DNA of 64,000 bases from an uncultured Bacilli bacterium. Its GTDB lineage: Bacteria > Bacillota_I > Bacilli_A > RF39 > UBA660. Made by a program: the position numbers and the translations under genes. The notes beneath the pieces are model-generated. The model did no database searches. It saw only the letters and a list, made by a program, of their open reading frames with translations, and was not told the origin of the DNA. Of the stretch, positions 20,203-29,794 are shown in pieces; the first letter of the stretch is position 1; every line of letters starts with the position of its first letter. The DNA lies in assembly GCA_944358545.1 (NCBI GenBank), contig CALVRJ010000002.1, forward strand, positions 3,187 to 67,186. The letters run 5' to 3'.

Positions 20203-20607
20203 CTTTTATACCTCCTATCAACTAACTTTTTTCGTAAATTGATAGGAGGAGATCTAATTTTTAGATATAAAAAAAAACGCAAGAACAGAACAAAATCTGA
20301 ACTTGCATCATGAAAAAAACAGTAATAGTCCCTTTTTATTCCAAAGAGACTATACTGCATAAATAAATTCTCCCCGAAATATTGGGGTATATTATATATT
20401 TTAAATTACAAACATATTATACTTTTGCACTAAATATATAATTGTTTGATTAAACGTTAACAAAGTATAACCAACAATGACACTTTTTTAAATTAGAACA
20501 ATAAACTTATAATTATAAACATTTTTTGTAAACAAATAACCAATTATATGATATAATCTAAAATTACATCAACAATCAAAACAAACTTAAATCATTATTA
20601 TAAAAAA

Positions 20608-20685
20608 CTAATAAAAATAAAAATAAAAATAAATTATAAATTATAAATTATTAATAATTAATAATTAATAATTAATAATTAAGAA
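20608..20685. repeat. Cluster of A/T microsatellites: (ATAAAA)3, (TTATAAA)2-3, (TTAATAA)4-5
   Basis: Read directly in the 580-bp intergenic region between the sigma gene and the bacteriocin operon. Confidence 0.6.
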
Positions 20686-20732
20686 CACCCAAAAATAAAC
20701 ACTTTAAATTAATTTAACAATACAATCTTTTA

Positions 20733-20772
20733 ATCATTTCATATAAAAAATACCAGGAAACAAAATTCATGG
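20733..20772 (-). terminator. Bidirectional rho-independent terminator ending the bacteriocin operon after the signal peptidase gene
   Basis: ATACCA/TGGTAT stem (20740-20745 / 20760-20765), 14-nt loop, T7 on plus and T-run on minus. Confidence 0.5.
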
Positions 20773-20782
20773 TATTTTTTTA

Positions 20783-21220
20783 TTAAATTTTTAAAATCAT
20801 TTTCCCTTTAACTTGATTTAAAGAAATTGTACCAAAGTTTCTTCCATCATAAGAATAAGGACGATTATCTCCTAAAACAAGTATTTTGTTGTTTTCAACA
20901 GTAACACTAAAATCATCTGTAAAATTTCTTTCAAACGGTTCCTTAATTTTTTTATTGTCAATAAACAACTTATTTTTATTAAATTCAACTTTATCTCCAG
21001 GTAATCCTATAATTCGTTTAACATACAATTTGTTATCCACTTTAACTATAACTATATCAAAATAATTAAGTTTAATATTATTCTTTTTATATAAAACAAT
21101 ATCATTATTATGCAAATTAGGTTTCATAGAATTACCATCAACTTTAAAAAGGCCAAAGGAAAAACAAAAATATAAAACAATTGCTAAAAATATTAAATAT
21201 ATTATTAATGAAATTTTTTT
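20783..21220 (-). CDS. Signal peptidase I (S26); true N-terminus extends upstream of the track ATG with no canonical start
   Basis: Track ORF 20783-21127 has box D/E (VKRIIGLPGD, VLGDNRPYSYDGRNFG). The codon immediately upstream of the track ATG is Ser, giving the catalytic S-M. The frame stays open to ~21244, encoding a basic/hydrophobic signal anchor (IKNKKISLIIYLIFLAIVLYFCFSFGLFKVDGNSM), with only ATA/ATT as possible starts. Confidence 0.65.
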   Translation of the reverse strand, partial: KKISLIIYLIFLAIVLYFCFSFGLFKVDGNSMKPNLHNNDIVLYKKNNIKLNYFDIVIVKVDNKLYVKRIIGLPGDKVEFNKNKLFIDNKKIKEPFERNFTDDFSVTVENNKILVLGDNRPYSYDGRNFGTISLNQVKGKMILKI

Positions 21221-21225
21221 ATTTT

Positions 21226-21855
21226 TTATAAATGCAATATGGCATCACATTCTTGAGCTAATTGTTCATTATGAGTTACCATAATTATAGTTTTTCCTTG
21301 TTTATTTAACTGTTTTAAAATACTCATAACTTTTCTTGCATTAGAATTGTCTAAATTTCCAGTTGGTTCATCAGCTAAAATAATATCTCCTTTTTTTAAC
21401 ATAATACGAGCCAAAGCTACTCTTTGCTGCTCACCTCCAGATAAAGTATAAACCTTCTTATTATTATAAGATGCCAAACCTACTTTGTCTAAAGCTTCTG
21501 ATACTTTTTCTTTTTTTTCTTTCAACGGAATTTTTTCATATTCCAAAGCCAAAAGCAAATTATACTCAACACTTTCATCATCTATTAAAGCATAATTTTG
21601 AAATAAATAGTTTATATTGTTACGGATATATTCATTTACTTGTTTTTCTTTTAACATAGCAACATCTTTTCCGTTAAACAATACTTCTCCAGTATAATCA
21701 AAATCTAATAAACCAATTATATTTAATAAAGTACTTTTACCACAACCACTTTTTCCAACAATAGCCACAAATTCACCATTATTTATTTTATAAGATAAAT
21801 CTGTGAATATAATCTTTTCACCAAAAGATTTACTTACTTTCTTTAATTCAATCAT
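21226..21855 (-). CDS. ABC transporter ATP-binding protein (bacteriocin export/immunity)
   Basis: Walker A GKSGCGKST, signature LSGGEQQR, Walker B IILADEPTG. Confidence 0.85.
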   Translation of the reverse strand: MIELKKVSKSFGEKIIFTDLSYKINNGEFVAIVGKSGCGKSTLLNIIGLLDFDYTGEVLFNGKDVAMLKEKQVNEYIRNNINYLFQNYALIDDESVEYNLLLALEYEKIPLKEKKEKVSEALDKVGLASYNNKKVYTLSGGEQQRVALARIMLKKGDIILADEPTGNLDNSNARKVMSILKQLNKQGKTIIMVTHNEQLAQECDAILHL

Positions 21856-24019
21856 TTGCTCCTCCTTTTAAATCAATATAAACTTTATTAAACTTATATT
21901 TCTGAATTACAAATATAGATATTAAACAATCAATTATCAAAAACAACGATACAGATATAATAAACAAAATAATATTAAGTAAATTTAAAATTAAAAGAAT
22001 AAAGAAAGATATAACTAAGGCAATAACAGTATACAAAATATTTCTCTTCATTATTGGTTCAAAAATTTTAAATTTATCAAATCCTAACAAATATTTCACT
22101 ACAACAGACTGTTGTTCACTTTTAACATATAATGAAAATACTTCAATAGAAATTATAAAGTAAACCAAAACAATCAAAGCAACTCCTAAACACACTACTA
22201 ACATTATTAACCTTGCACGTTGAATTTCGTCATTAAAATAATCTTTAAATGACATAAAATTACTTTGGCCAATCAAATTACTCAAACCAGCTTTTTTTAC
22301 ATCATCTAATACATAATCTAAAGTATTACTATTAACTTTTATTTTTAACCCCGTTGTTAATGAATTGCCAAATACGCTAATTCCTCTAGAACTTTCAATA
22401 TAGGATAATTTTATTGAATCATCAACAACACGTAATCTAGGATTTTTAACATATTTAACACTTAAATCTAGTCTATACGAATTAAAAGATTGATCATCAT
22501 ATAAATACGCTTTAAATTCAAGAGGTATATTATATTTTTCATAATCTTTTTTAGAATCTTCTAAATAATACTTTTTAAATTTTGGAACGATATTTTTTTC
22601 GCTTTTAGCAAACAAGAAAAATACTCCATCAATATTATCAATATCTACCAATTGACCATTTAAATTATATATTTTTATATTCTCTTTTTTTAAATAATTT
22701 CTATCAACAGAAGCATAATCAAAATATTTACCTTCACTTTCCCATTTTTTTATTCTTCTTTCTTCATCAGGTTTTACTTTTACATAATTACTAAATTGAG
22801 AATAAAATGTGGATAGCCTTTTATCATTATATATAATGTTATATAAATTAGCTTGTTTATCATAATCATATATTTCAGGTGAATCAGCATTAAAATCTTT
22901 TATAATTCCATAATCCAATAACTCTTTAGAATTATTATAAACTTTTAACGATGAATTTAAAGATGAAATAGAATTTCCTAATAAAGAAATGCCAACAATC
23001 ATCATTATAGTCATTAAAAGCTTTAATTTAGCACTTGTTTTGCCAATCTTTATTGCAACATTTTGTTTTTTTATAATATTAGAAGTGCGATAACTTTTTA
23101 AAATAAGATTAACACAAAGCATATTCAAAAAATAAGTAATTAACAATAACAAACATGTAATAATCAGCAAGAATAAGAACTGTAAAAGATTCATATTACT
23201 TGCTAAAATCAATGCTAAAATTAAAATAATAATTGAAAAAATAATATATATTTTTAGTTTATTTTTTATCATAATATTAGAAATTTTTATTTTGTCAAAA
23301 CCTAACAACTTCATACAACCAATTTTTTTAGAATTATAATAAGTATCATAAATTTCAAAAACAAAATAAAATATCATTATAAATATAATACTAAATACCA
23401 ACAATATAAATGTTTCGGTTTGCAAATCTGTAATTGATAAGCTGGTAGATATATCTTTATCAACAATTTTTTTTATTTGATTACTAAAATTAACAAAATC
23501 ATCGTAATTCTTGTAATAAACCAAATATTCACCATAATAATTTCCTTTTTCATTTATTAATGTCGAAAAAGTATAAAAATTATATTTGTCATTTTCCAAA
23601 AAATCTTTTATTAAAAAAACTTGTTTACTATCTTGATGATTATATGTAGAAATAAAAGAATCATCTGTTATTTTTTTATTTAATGACACAACTTTAAATT
23701 TTTTACTAATAATTTTTTTTATTTTGTTAATATTATCTAAAGAAACATAAACATTTTTTATAGAACCATCTTTACCAGAAATGTTTGATTTAGCTAAAAC
23801 AACTTTATTATCTTGTGCTAATTTTGCCACTTCTTTCATAGATTTATCATTAATAACGATATCATCGCTATAATTAATTCTAATGGAATCTCTACTATAT
23901 CCAAAAAAGTTCAAATATTGACTCGATTGAGAAAAATTTAGAAAAAGAATAGAAATAATTATTGCTACCAATATACATAAAATAGGTATTATTCTAGTTA
24001 CATATTTCAAAAAAACCAC
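21848..24019 (-). CDS. Bacteriocin-associated large integral membrane protein (Lcn972 ORF2-like, FtsX-like permease)
   Basis: 723 aa, N-terminal TM, large extracellular domain, two clusters of 3-4 TM helices; sits between the bacteriocin and ABC ATPase as in the lactococcin 972 operon. Confidence 0.6.
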   Translation of the reverse strand: MVFLKYVTRIIPILCILVAIIISILFLNFSQSSQYLNFFGYSRDSIRINYSDDIVINDKSMKEVAKLAQDNKVVLAKSNISGKDGSIKNVYVSLDNINKIKKIISKKFKVVSLNKKITDDSFISTYNHQDSKQVFLIKDFLENDKYNFYTFSTLINEKGNYYGEYLVYYKNYDDFVNFSNQIKKIVDKDISTSLSITDLQTETFILLVFSIIFIMIFYFVFEIYDTYYNSKKIGCMKLLGFDKIKISNIMIKNKLKIYIIFSIIILILALILASNMNLLQFLFLLIITCLLLLITYFLNMLCVNLILKSYRTSNIIKKQNVAIKIGKTSAKLKLLMTIMMIVGISLLGNSISSLNSSLKVYNNSKELLDYGIIKDFNADSPEIYDYDKQANLYNIIYNDKRLSTFYSQFSNYVKVKPDEERRIKKWESEGKYFDYASVDRNYLKKENIKIYNLNGQLVDIDNIDGVFFLFAKSEKNIVPKFKKYYLEDSKKDYEKYNIPLEFKAYLYDDQSFNSYRLDLSVKYVKNPRLRVVDDSIKLSYIESSRGISVFGNSLTTGLKIKVNSNTLDYVLDDVKKAGLSNLIGQSNFMSFKDYFNDEIQRARLIMLVVCLGVALIVLVYFIISIEVFSLYVKSEQQSVVVKYLLGFDKFKIFEPIMKRNILYTVIALVISFFILLILNLLNIILFIISVSLFLIIDCLISIFVIQKYKFNKVYIDLKGGAND

Positions 24020-24067
24020 CTCTTACAACAAAAAGTGGAGAATAAGAAATTCTCCACGACATTATTC

Positions 24068-24406
24068 TTACTCTCTCCAGTAGCCTCTGACTTCAGCATA
24101 ATCATCAAACAAACTTCCATAATCTCTATGCGTTATAGAACGAGTTGATTTCTTTGCCCAGTCAGAATAAGTACCCCCAGCTCCAGATCTAGCATAAACT
24201 TGTTTCTGGTAATTGTAGGCAGCTGGAGCACCGTTAGACATTGTGCCTTCAATCCAATTTCCTTGTAAAGATGTACCAGCAGCAGTATCCATATGGAAAA
24301 CGTTATTAGGTCCCAAGTTATAGCCAGCTAATGCTGTTGCTAAACCAGAAACTGTTACGACAACTGCAAATGCAAGAGTAGTCACATACTTTTTCATTGT
24401 ACTCAC
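24068..24406 (-). CDS. Lactococcin-972-family bacteriocin precursor (Sec signal peptide plus ~80-aa mature domain)
   Basis: N-terminal signal peptide (MKKYVTTLAFAVVVTVSGLATALA|G); mature part Gly/Ala/Tyr/Trp-rich with G-rich segment plus WAK motif. Canonical operon context. Locally elevated GC. Confidence 0.55.
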   Translation of the reverse strand: MSTMKKYVTTLAFAVVVTVSGLATALAGYNLGPNNVFHMDTAAGTSLQGNWIEGTMSNGAPAAYNYQKQVYARSGAGGTYSDWAKKSTRSITHRDYGSLFDDYAEVRGYWRE

Positions 24407-24582
24407 CTCCTTGTCTTTTTAGATTTCTATTATAAAAATAATAGACAAATTAAGGAGATGTAATGGTTGCAAATATAACCAGTAACAACAACAAGAAGAA
24501 CAACAATCACATCATAATGCAATATTAATTAATAAAATATTACAATTAAATAATAACATAACGCAAGAAATTAAAACAAATA

Positions 24583-24681
24583 TTTGCTCGAAAAAACAGT
24601 AACTGTGCTTAAACGCTTTTTATTTTAACAATTTGTTTATAATACAAGCGTTCGAGCAAAAAAACATAGCATTCGAACAAA
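24583..24681. promoter_or_regulatory. Operator-like inverted repeats between bacteriocin operon and divergent XRE gene
   Basis: TTTGCTCGAA (24583-24592) and its exact reverse complement TTCGAGCAAA (24651-24660), a third half-site ATTCGAACAAA (24671-24681), and palindrome ACAGTAACTGT (24596-24606). Confidence 0.45.
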
Positions 24682-24854
24682 ATAAATAAAATGTTTGTTA
24701 TTTTTTATCATCCTTATTATTTTTTTATAGCACACTCTTAAATATTTTAAAGTAAATAAAAACAAATAACAAAATCCAAAAATATTTTAGCACAATTAGA
24801 ACCAAAAATCAATTGGTAAATTTTGCACCACTAGAATAATAAATAGGTGGTCAT

Positions 24855-25295
24855 ATGACATATTTTTCTAAAAAAATTCGTGATACAAGAATAGACAATG
24901 ATTCAACACAAGAACAGATGGCAAACATCTTAGGAATAGCAAGAAGCAGATATAAAAATTATGAAATTGAAAGAAATATGATGCCATTATTTATAATTGT
25001 TAAGTTTGCAAATCATTTTAATTTAAGCTTAGATTTTTTATTTAATCTATCAAATAAAAAATATTGTAATTCTAATATAAATTATAATAATGACCTTTCA
25101 GCTAAATTAATTAAGCAAATAAGACAAGAGAAAAATCTTTCACAAGAAAAATTTGGAAAAATACTTGGATTACCACAACGCACATATTCAAGTTATGAAA
25201 ACAACGAAAGAACATTAACCATAGAAATACTACTCAAAATAGCAAAAATCACGCATTATTCCCTTGATTACCTCACAGGGCGAGTAAACAATTAA
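24855..25295 (+). CDS. XRE-family regulator with two tandem HTH_3 domains
   Basis: Two Cro/CI-type HTH segments (TQEQMANILGIARSRYKNYE and SQEKFGKILGLPQRTYSSYE). Confidence 0.7.
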   Translation: MTYFSKKIRDTRIDNDSTQEQMANILGIARSRYKNYEIERNMMPLFIIVKFANHFNLSLDFLFNLSNKKYCNSNINYNNDLSAKLIKQIRQEKNLSQEKFGKILGLPQRTYSSYENNERTLTIEILLKIAKITHYSLDYLTGRVNN

Positions 25296-25377
25296 AAAAT
25301 ATAATTTAGAAAGTTAAAAATCTAATATAAAAAAACGCAAAAAGTAAAACAAACTATAAATTTTACTTTTTGCGTTT

Positions 25378-26805
25378 TTATGTTATTCCATAACCATATA
25401 TATCTTTACTATTTATTTTATAATTTCTTTCTTTAACTTGATCACCAGAATTTCCCTCAATTGTATAAACCATATTGTTTTCAACTTTCTCAACAATTCC
25501 AACATGGTCTGCTCGGCCATCTTGTTGCCAATCAAAGAAAATAATATCTCCAGACTTTGGAATATATCCCCTATCTCGCCATCTAGACATAGATTTAAAC
25601 CAAGGCACACCTTGATTTGTACATGAAGAAAACCTAGGAACAATTACATTTAAATTACCAGATTGATTAGCTACCCAGCTTACAAATATCGCACACCACT
25701 CTACTCTCTGTTGAAATCCATACCATGACCAAAATTTTTGCCCACCTTTATTTCCAATTTCATTCTTTGCAATTTGAACCATATCGCTATTTCCTAATGA
25801 TTTTCCAAAAATTACATTTTTCCATAAAGATTTGTATTTTTCGTTTGTTAGCTCATAAAACTGTTTCTTTTGATCAATATTAAACATATTTAAATTCATA
25901 ATTTCTTCAGGTGATTTACCATCTATCCTAATCGTAAGCATTTTTATAGCTCTTCCATCTTCAGACTGTCTATCACTAATAGATGATGTAATAACGTTCA
26001 TCTCCCAAAAAATGGACTTTAAAATTTCAACCTTATTATCATCCATTGTAACAACTTCCGTTGCAACTTGTCCATTAGCTACTTTTACTGCATAAATTGA
26101 AAGTACATCTTCCCACGAAGCCATATTGGAAACAATTTCATAATCATCGTGAGGAGTTGTATTTTGAATTTCTAATATTTTATTATTTAAATCTATTTTT
26201 ATTTCTTCAACAACTTGACTTATAGTTTTCTCATTATTCATATTCTCACTTGAAAAGAAAATACCAAATACTGAATTAAGCAATATAGCAATTAAAGTTA
26301 TAACTAAAATTATTACAACAGCAATAACTCCAAATATTCCAAGAGGAACTATCATATTTTTCAATTTAAGAACATTAGCTTTTAAAGCACTATAAAACCT
26401 AGATTTTTTTTGTAAGTTTTTCTTTTTAGATTTAGTATTCTTTAAAGATAATAGTTTTTGTTTTACATATCCTTTTGCCTTATTAGGATTACTTTTAGAT
26501 TTACTTTTAAAGCTAAATTTGTTTTTCAATTTATTAGATTTAGAGTTTACTTGAGTATTATTAATTTCTTCTTTTAATTGATTTAATCGTTTTTTTTGTT
26601 TCTTAGCTAAGCTTTTAGATTGATATTTAAATACAGGTCTTATTGTATCCTTTATATACCCAATACTTTGTTCATTAACATTCTCATCGGTATATTCACT
26701 TTTTTCCTTAACATATTCTAATGCTTCCTTAGTCTTCTCGGCAACAATAAGACCTTTATCCAATAATTTTATTTTTTTTTTAGGTTTCTCTTTTATATCA
26801 GACAT
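25378..26805 (-). CDS. Conjugative-element peptidoglycan hydrolase with C-terminal CHAP domain (Tn916 Orf14 / TcpG analogue)
   Basis: N-terminal K-rich region plus TM; C-terminal CHAP Cys (EWCAIFVSW) and His (DHVGIVEKV). Confidence 0.7.
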   Translation of the reverse strand: MSDIKEKPKKKIKLLDKGLIVAEKTKEALEYVKEKSEYTDENVNEQSIGYIKDTIRPVFKYQSKSLAKKQKKRLNQLKEEINNTQVNSKSNKLKNKFSFKSKSKSNPNKAKGYVKQKLLSLKNTKSKKKNLQKKSRFYSALKANVLKLKNMIVPLGIFGVIAVVIILVITLIAILLNSVFGIFFSSENMNNEKTISQVVEEIKIDLNNKILEIQNTTPHDDYEIVSNMASWEDVLSIYAVKVANGQVATEVVTMDDNKVEILKSIFWEMNVITSSISDRQSEDGRAIKMLTIRIDGKSPEEIMNLNMFNIDQKKQFYELTNEKYKSLWKNVIFGKSLGNSDMVQIAKNEIGNKGGQKFWSWYGFQQRVEWCAIFVSWVANQSGNLNVIVPRFSSCTNQGVPWFKSMSRWRDRGYIPKSGDIIFFDWQQDGRADHVGIVEKVENNMVYTIEGNSGDQVKERNYKINSKDIYGYGIT

Positions 26806-29137
26806 CTAAGACTTCACTCGGTTTAGTTGTCATTAATTTATAAAGCTTTGTATTCTTAGGAAAATCATTTTCAAAAGGAACTAAAATGCTACCAATTCTA
26901 ATAAGGCCATGTCCTGCAGCCACATTAGTAATATAACTCATTTGAAGTTCAGAAATATTTAATAATTTGGCTAATTCAACTCTGTCTGTTGCGGCTTGAT
27001 TAAGCATAACAATAAATTCAGAATTTGCAAGCATCGTTCTTGCAGTATGACTTTGTAATAAATCATCGACATTCTGTGTTATCCCAGTCGCACATGCTCC
27101 ATATTTTCTAACACGTTTCCATAAAGTAAACAAGAAATTTGCCGAATACTCATGTTGAAATAACAAATATATTTCATCAATAAAAATATAAGTAGTTCTG
27201 CCTTTAGACCTATTTTTTGTTATTCTATTTAAAATACTATCTAATATAACTAACATTCCAAGTGATTGAAGTTGTTTACCCAAGTCTAAAATATCATAAC
27301 AAATTAATCTATTATTTGTATCTACATTAGTCTGTTTAGCAAAAGTATTCAAACTACCATTAGTAAATAATTCAATAGCAAGAGCTATACTCTTTGCTTC
27401 GGGTTCAGTTTGTTTCATTAACTCATCATGAAAATCTTGTAATGTTGGTGGTGTACCTTGATAATTTCCCTGCTGATAAAACCTATAAACATTTGCCGTA
27501 CATCTATCAATTATTGATTTTGCTTGTGGATTTAAATTGTTTTTTCCAATCAATTGCTCACAAAGTGATAATAAGAATTCAGACTTTAAAATAACTGGAT
27601 TTGCTCCATCACCATAATCTTTATTAAGATCCATCGCATTTATATGATTATTACTTGTTGATGATATTTTTATAACCTCACCATGTAAAGCATTTACTAA
27701 ATTACCATATTCCCTTTCAGGATCTATTATAATTATATCAGCATTTGGATTTTTAAGCATAGTGTTAACAATTTCATTTTTGGCTACAAAAGATTTACCA
27801 CTACCTGGAACACCTAAAATAAATGAATTTCCATTTAGTAAACTACCTCTATCAGCTAATATCATATTTTTACTAATCACATTTTGACCGTAATATACAC
27901 CATGAGGATGGTTAATTTCCTGCACTCTAAATGGCATAAAAACAGCAAGTGATTCTGTAGTTAAAGTTCTTAATGAATCTATTTTTTTAACACCGTAAGG
28001 AATTACAGTATTAAGTCCATCCATTTGTTGCCACTTTAATACTGCCAGCTGACATAAATGTTTTCTAGCGGTTGCAAGTAAAGCTTCGGTATCATTATCT
28101 AACTCTTTTTTACTATTTGCCGTATGCACAAAAGTTAAAGTGGATAAAAACATTCTTTGATCTCTAGTTGTTAAATCCTCTAAAAATTCTTTACTTTCTT
28201 TTCTTTGAAGTTCTAAATCATAAGGAATAACTGCACTAAAATTGTTTTTATCATTTTGTCTTCGTTGCCAATTTGTAATATTGCTTTCAACCCCAAGTCT
28301 TCTGTTTTCTACCTCACGAATTGCTTCATCCAAAGGAATTGGTAAAACATCTATGCTCATCATCATATTTTTATTTATATCAGTAAGTTCTGATACCATC
28401 GAATCTTTAATAAATGAAGCATATTCTTTTAAAAACAAAACTCTACCATATTTATTACCAAACATAAAATAATCCTTTTCAAAACTAAAACTATCTGGAC
28501 ATATATAATCTTTAAAACTATGCCCTTTTTTCATGTTAGATAATACATCAAAACTAAAGTAATTCTCTTCGCCAATTCTAAAAAAATCATAAAATACTTT
28601 TAATCTATTAACAGAATTCGTTCTAATACATTTAGAACCTAATTCAGCTAAACGATTAGATAACTCCACTTCAATTCTATTAAAATAATTTCTTGCCTCT
28701 TCTAAACTATTTTTATTTACAGTAATTGTTATATATTTTTCTTGAACAATATTATTAAAGTCAGATACTTTATTTTTAAGCATATCATTATACTCTCTTC
28801 GATATTCATCAAGACTATCATTAACATAATCAGATAACATATTCTTTTCAAAATCTTGTTTGTTAATATAATGATTATTTATTGTAATTTTTGTTATCGC
28901 ACTAGTATCAAATCCATTTAAAACTTCACTATATTTTAAAAACATTGCTTCTTTATCATTTTTAGAAGCAACGGCATAATTTACATCAGTAAACTTATAA
29001 GATACAGAATACTTATTTTCTCCAACTAAAAAAATTCCATCTTCAAACATTTTTTGAACTGGAATAACATCTTGAACTCCTTTAGGTACAATATATTTTT
29101 CATGTTCATTGTTTTTTATTTTTTTGAATAGATTCAT
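26798..29137 (-). CDS. VirB4-family conjugal transfer ATPase (TcpF / Orf16 / PrgJ-like)
   Basis: 779 aa, Walker A GVPGSGKS, Walker B IIIDPERE, AAA_10-like architecture. Confidence 0.8.
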   Translation of the reverse strand: MNLFKKIKNNEHEKYIVPKGVQDVIPVQKMFEDGIFLVGENKYSVSYKFTDVNYAVASKNDKEAMFLKYSEVLNGFDTSAITKITINNHYINKQDFEKNMLSDYVNDSLDEYRREYNDMLKNKVSDFNNIVQEKYITITVNKNSLEEARNYFNRIEVELSNRLAELGSKCIRTNSVNRLKVFYDFFRIGEENYFSFDVLSNMKKGHSFKDYICPDSFSFEKDYFMFGNKYGRVLFLKEYASFIKDSMVSELTDINKNMMMSIDVLPIPLDEAIREVENRRLGVESNITNWQRRQNDKNNFSAVIPYDLELQRKESKEFLEDLTTRDQRMFLSTLTFVHTANSKKELDNDTEALLATARKHLCQLAVLKWQQMDGLNTVIPYGVKKIDSLRTLTTESLAVFMPFRVQEINHPHGVYYGQNVISKNMILADRGSLLNGNSFILGVPGSGKSFVAKNEIVNTMLKNPNADIIIIDPEREYGNLVNALHGEVIKISSTSNNHINAMDLNKDYGDGANPVILKSEFLLSLCEQLIGKNNLNPQAKSIIDRCTANVYRFYQQGNYQGTPPTLQDFHDELMKQTEPEAKSIALAIELFTNGSLNTFAKQTNVDTNNRLICYDILDLGKQLQSLGMLVILDSILNRITKNRSKGRTTYIFIDEIYLLFQHEYSANFLFTLWKRVRKYGACATGITQNVDDLLQSHTARTMLANSEFIVMLNQAATDRVELAKLLNISELQMSYITNVAAGHGLIRIGSILVPFENDFPKNTKLYKLMTTKPSEVLDV

Positions 29138-29480
29138 CTGATTTCTCCCTTCTATTTAATAACTCATAATAATAATTTGTTGGTCTAAAAGTTAATTGCT
29201 TAGGAACTAATAGCTCAGATCTAATCCATGCTAAAACAAACTTTTCAGCTGACATTCCATTATAATTAAAGAAGCCAAGAAAAGCAAAAGGAAAAGCTCC
29301 AAGCATACATATCCATGAACTAATTTCTGTCCCCACTAAATTGTTAAATAATATATATAAAAATAAAGCTACAACACAAGCAAGTAAAGAAAAAACAAAT
29401 TGCCTAACAGTCAAACCAAAATAAATATTTTCTTTATAATTTCTTATCTCTTTATTTATTTTAACTTCCATAAGAAACAC
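29106..29480 (-). CDS. Small conjugation membrane protein (PrgI/Orf17-like, 2 TM)
   Basis: 124 aa, two TM helices, directly upstream of VirB4 as in Tn916/pCF10 modules. Confidence 0.45.
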   Translation of the reverse strand: MFLMEVKINKEIRNYKENIYFGLTVRQFVFSLLACVVALFLYILFNNLVGTEISSWICMLGAFPFAFLGFFNYNGMSAEKFVLAWIRSELLVPKQLTFRPTNYYYELLNRREKSDESIQKNKKQ

Positions 29481-29765
29481 CTACCTTTCAACATTTTTAT
29501 TATTTTTTTTTTGCAACACTTCACTAAGTACATCAATTAAATCAGGATAGCTTAACTTGGCAAGTTCAATTGCTCCGTTTAATCTTCGTAATCTTTGTTC
29601 TAAATAATAATTACTTTTATTAGCTCGTTTACAAAAATGAGAATAACTTTCTTTAATTTTATTAATTTCTGATTCATCTAACAAAACACGTACACCATAT
29701 TCAAGTAAGTAATAAAATGACTCTATTACAGTGCCTTTATTCTTTTTTAACATTTCTTTATCCAT
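29481..29765 (-). CDS. Hypothetical 94-aa protein
   Basis: ORF with coding-like composition inside the T4SS operon; no recognizable motif. Confidence 0.35.
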   Translation of the reverse strand: MDKEMLKKNKGTVIESFYYLLEYGVRVLLDESEINKIKESYSHFCKRANKSNYYLEQRLRRLNGAIELAKLSYPDLIDVLSEVLQKKNNKNVER

Positions 29766-29794
29766 TATAATACCTTTCCTTCCATAACATCTAT

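Noticed and set aside
20148-20360. 70-aa minus ORF overlapping the sigma-like gene start
   Set aside because: Overlaps the supported sigma-region-4 gene and extends into the AT-rich spacer; no motif.
20608-20685. Possible CRISPR-like or iteron array
   Set aside because: Units are 6-7 nt pure A/T microsatellites without spacers, and there are no cas genes in the window.
25413-25643. Overlapping small ORFs on both strands inside the CHAP hydrolase gene
   Set aside because: Alternative frames of a well-supported gene.
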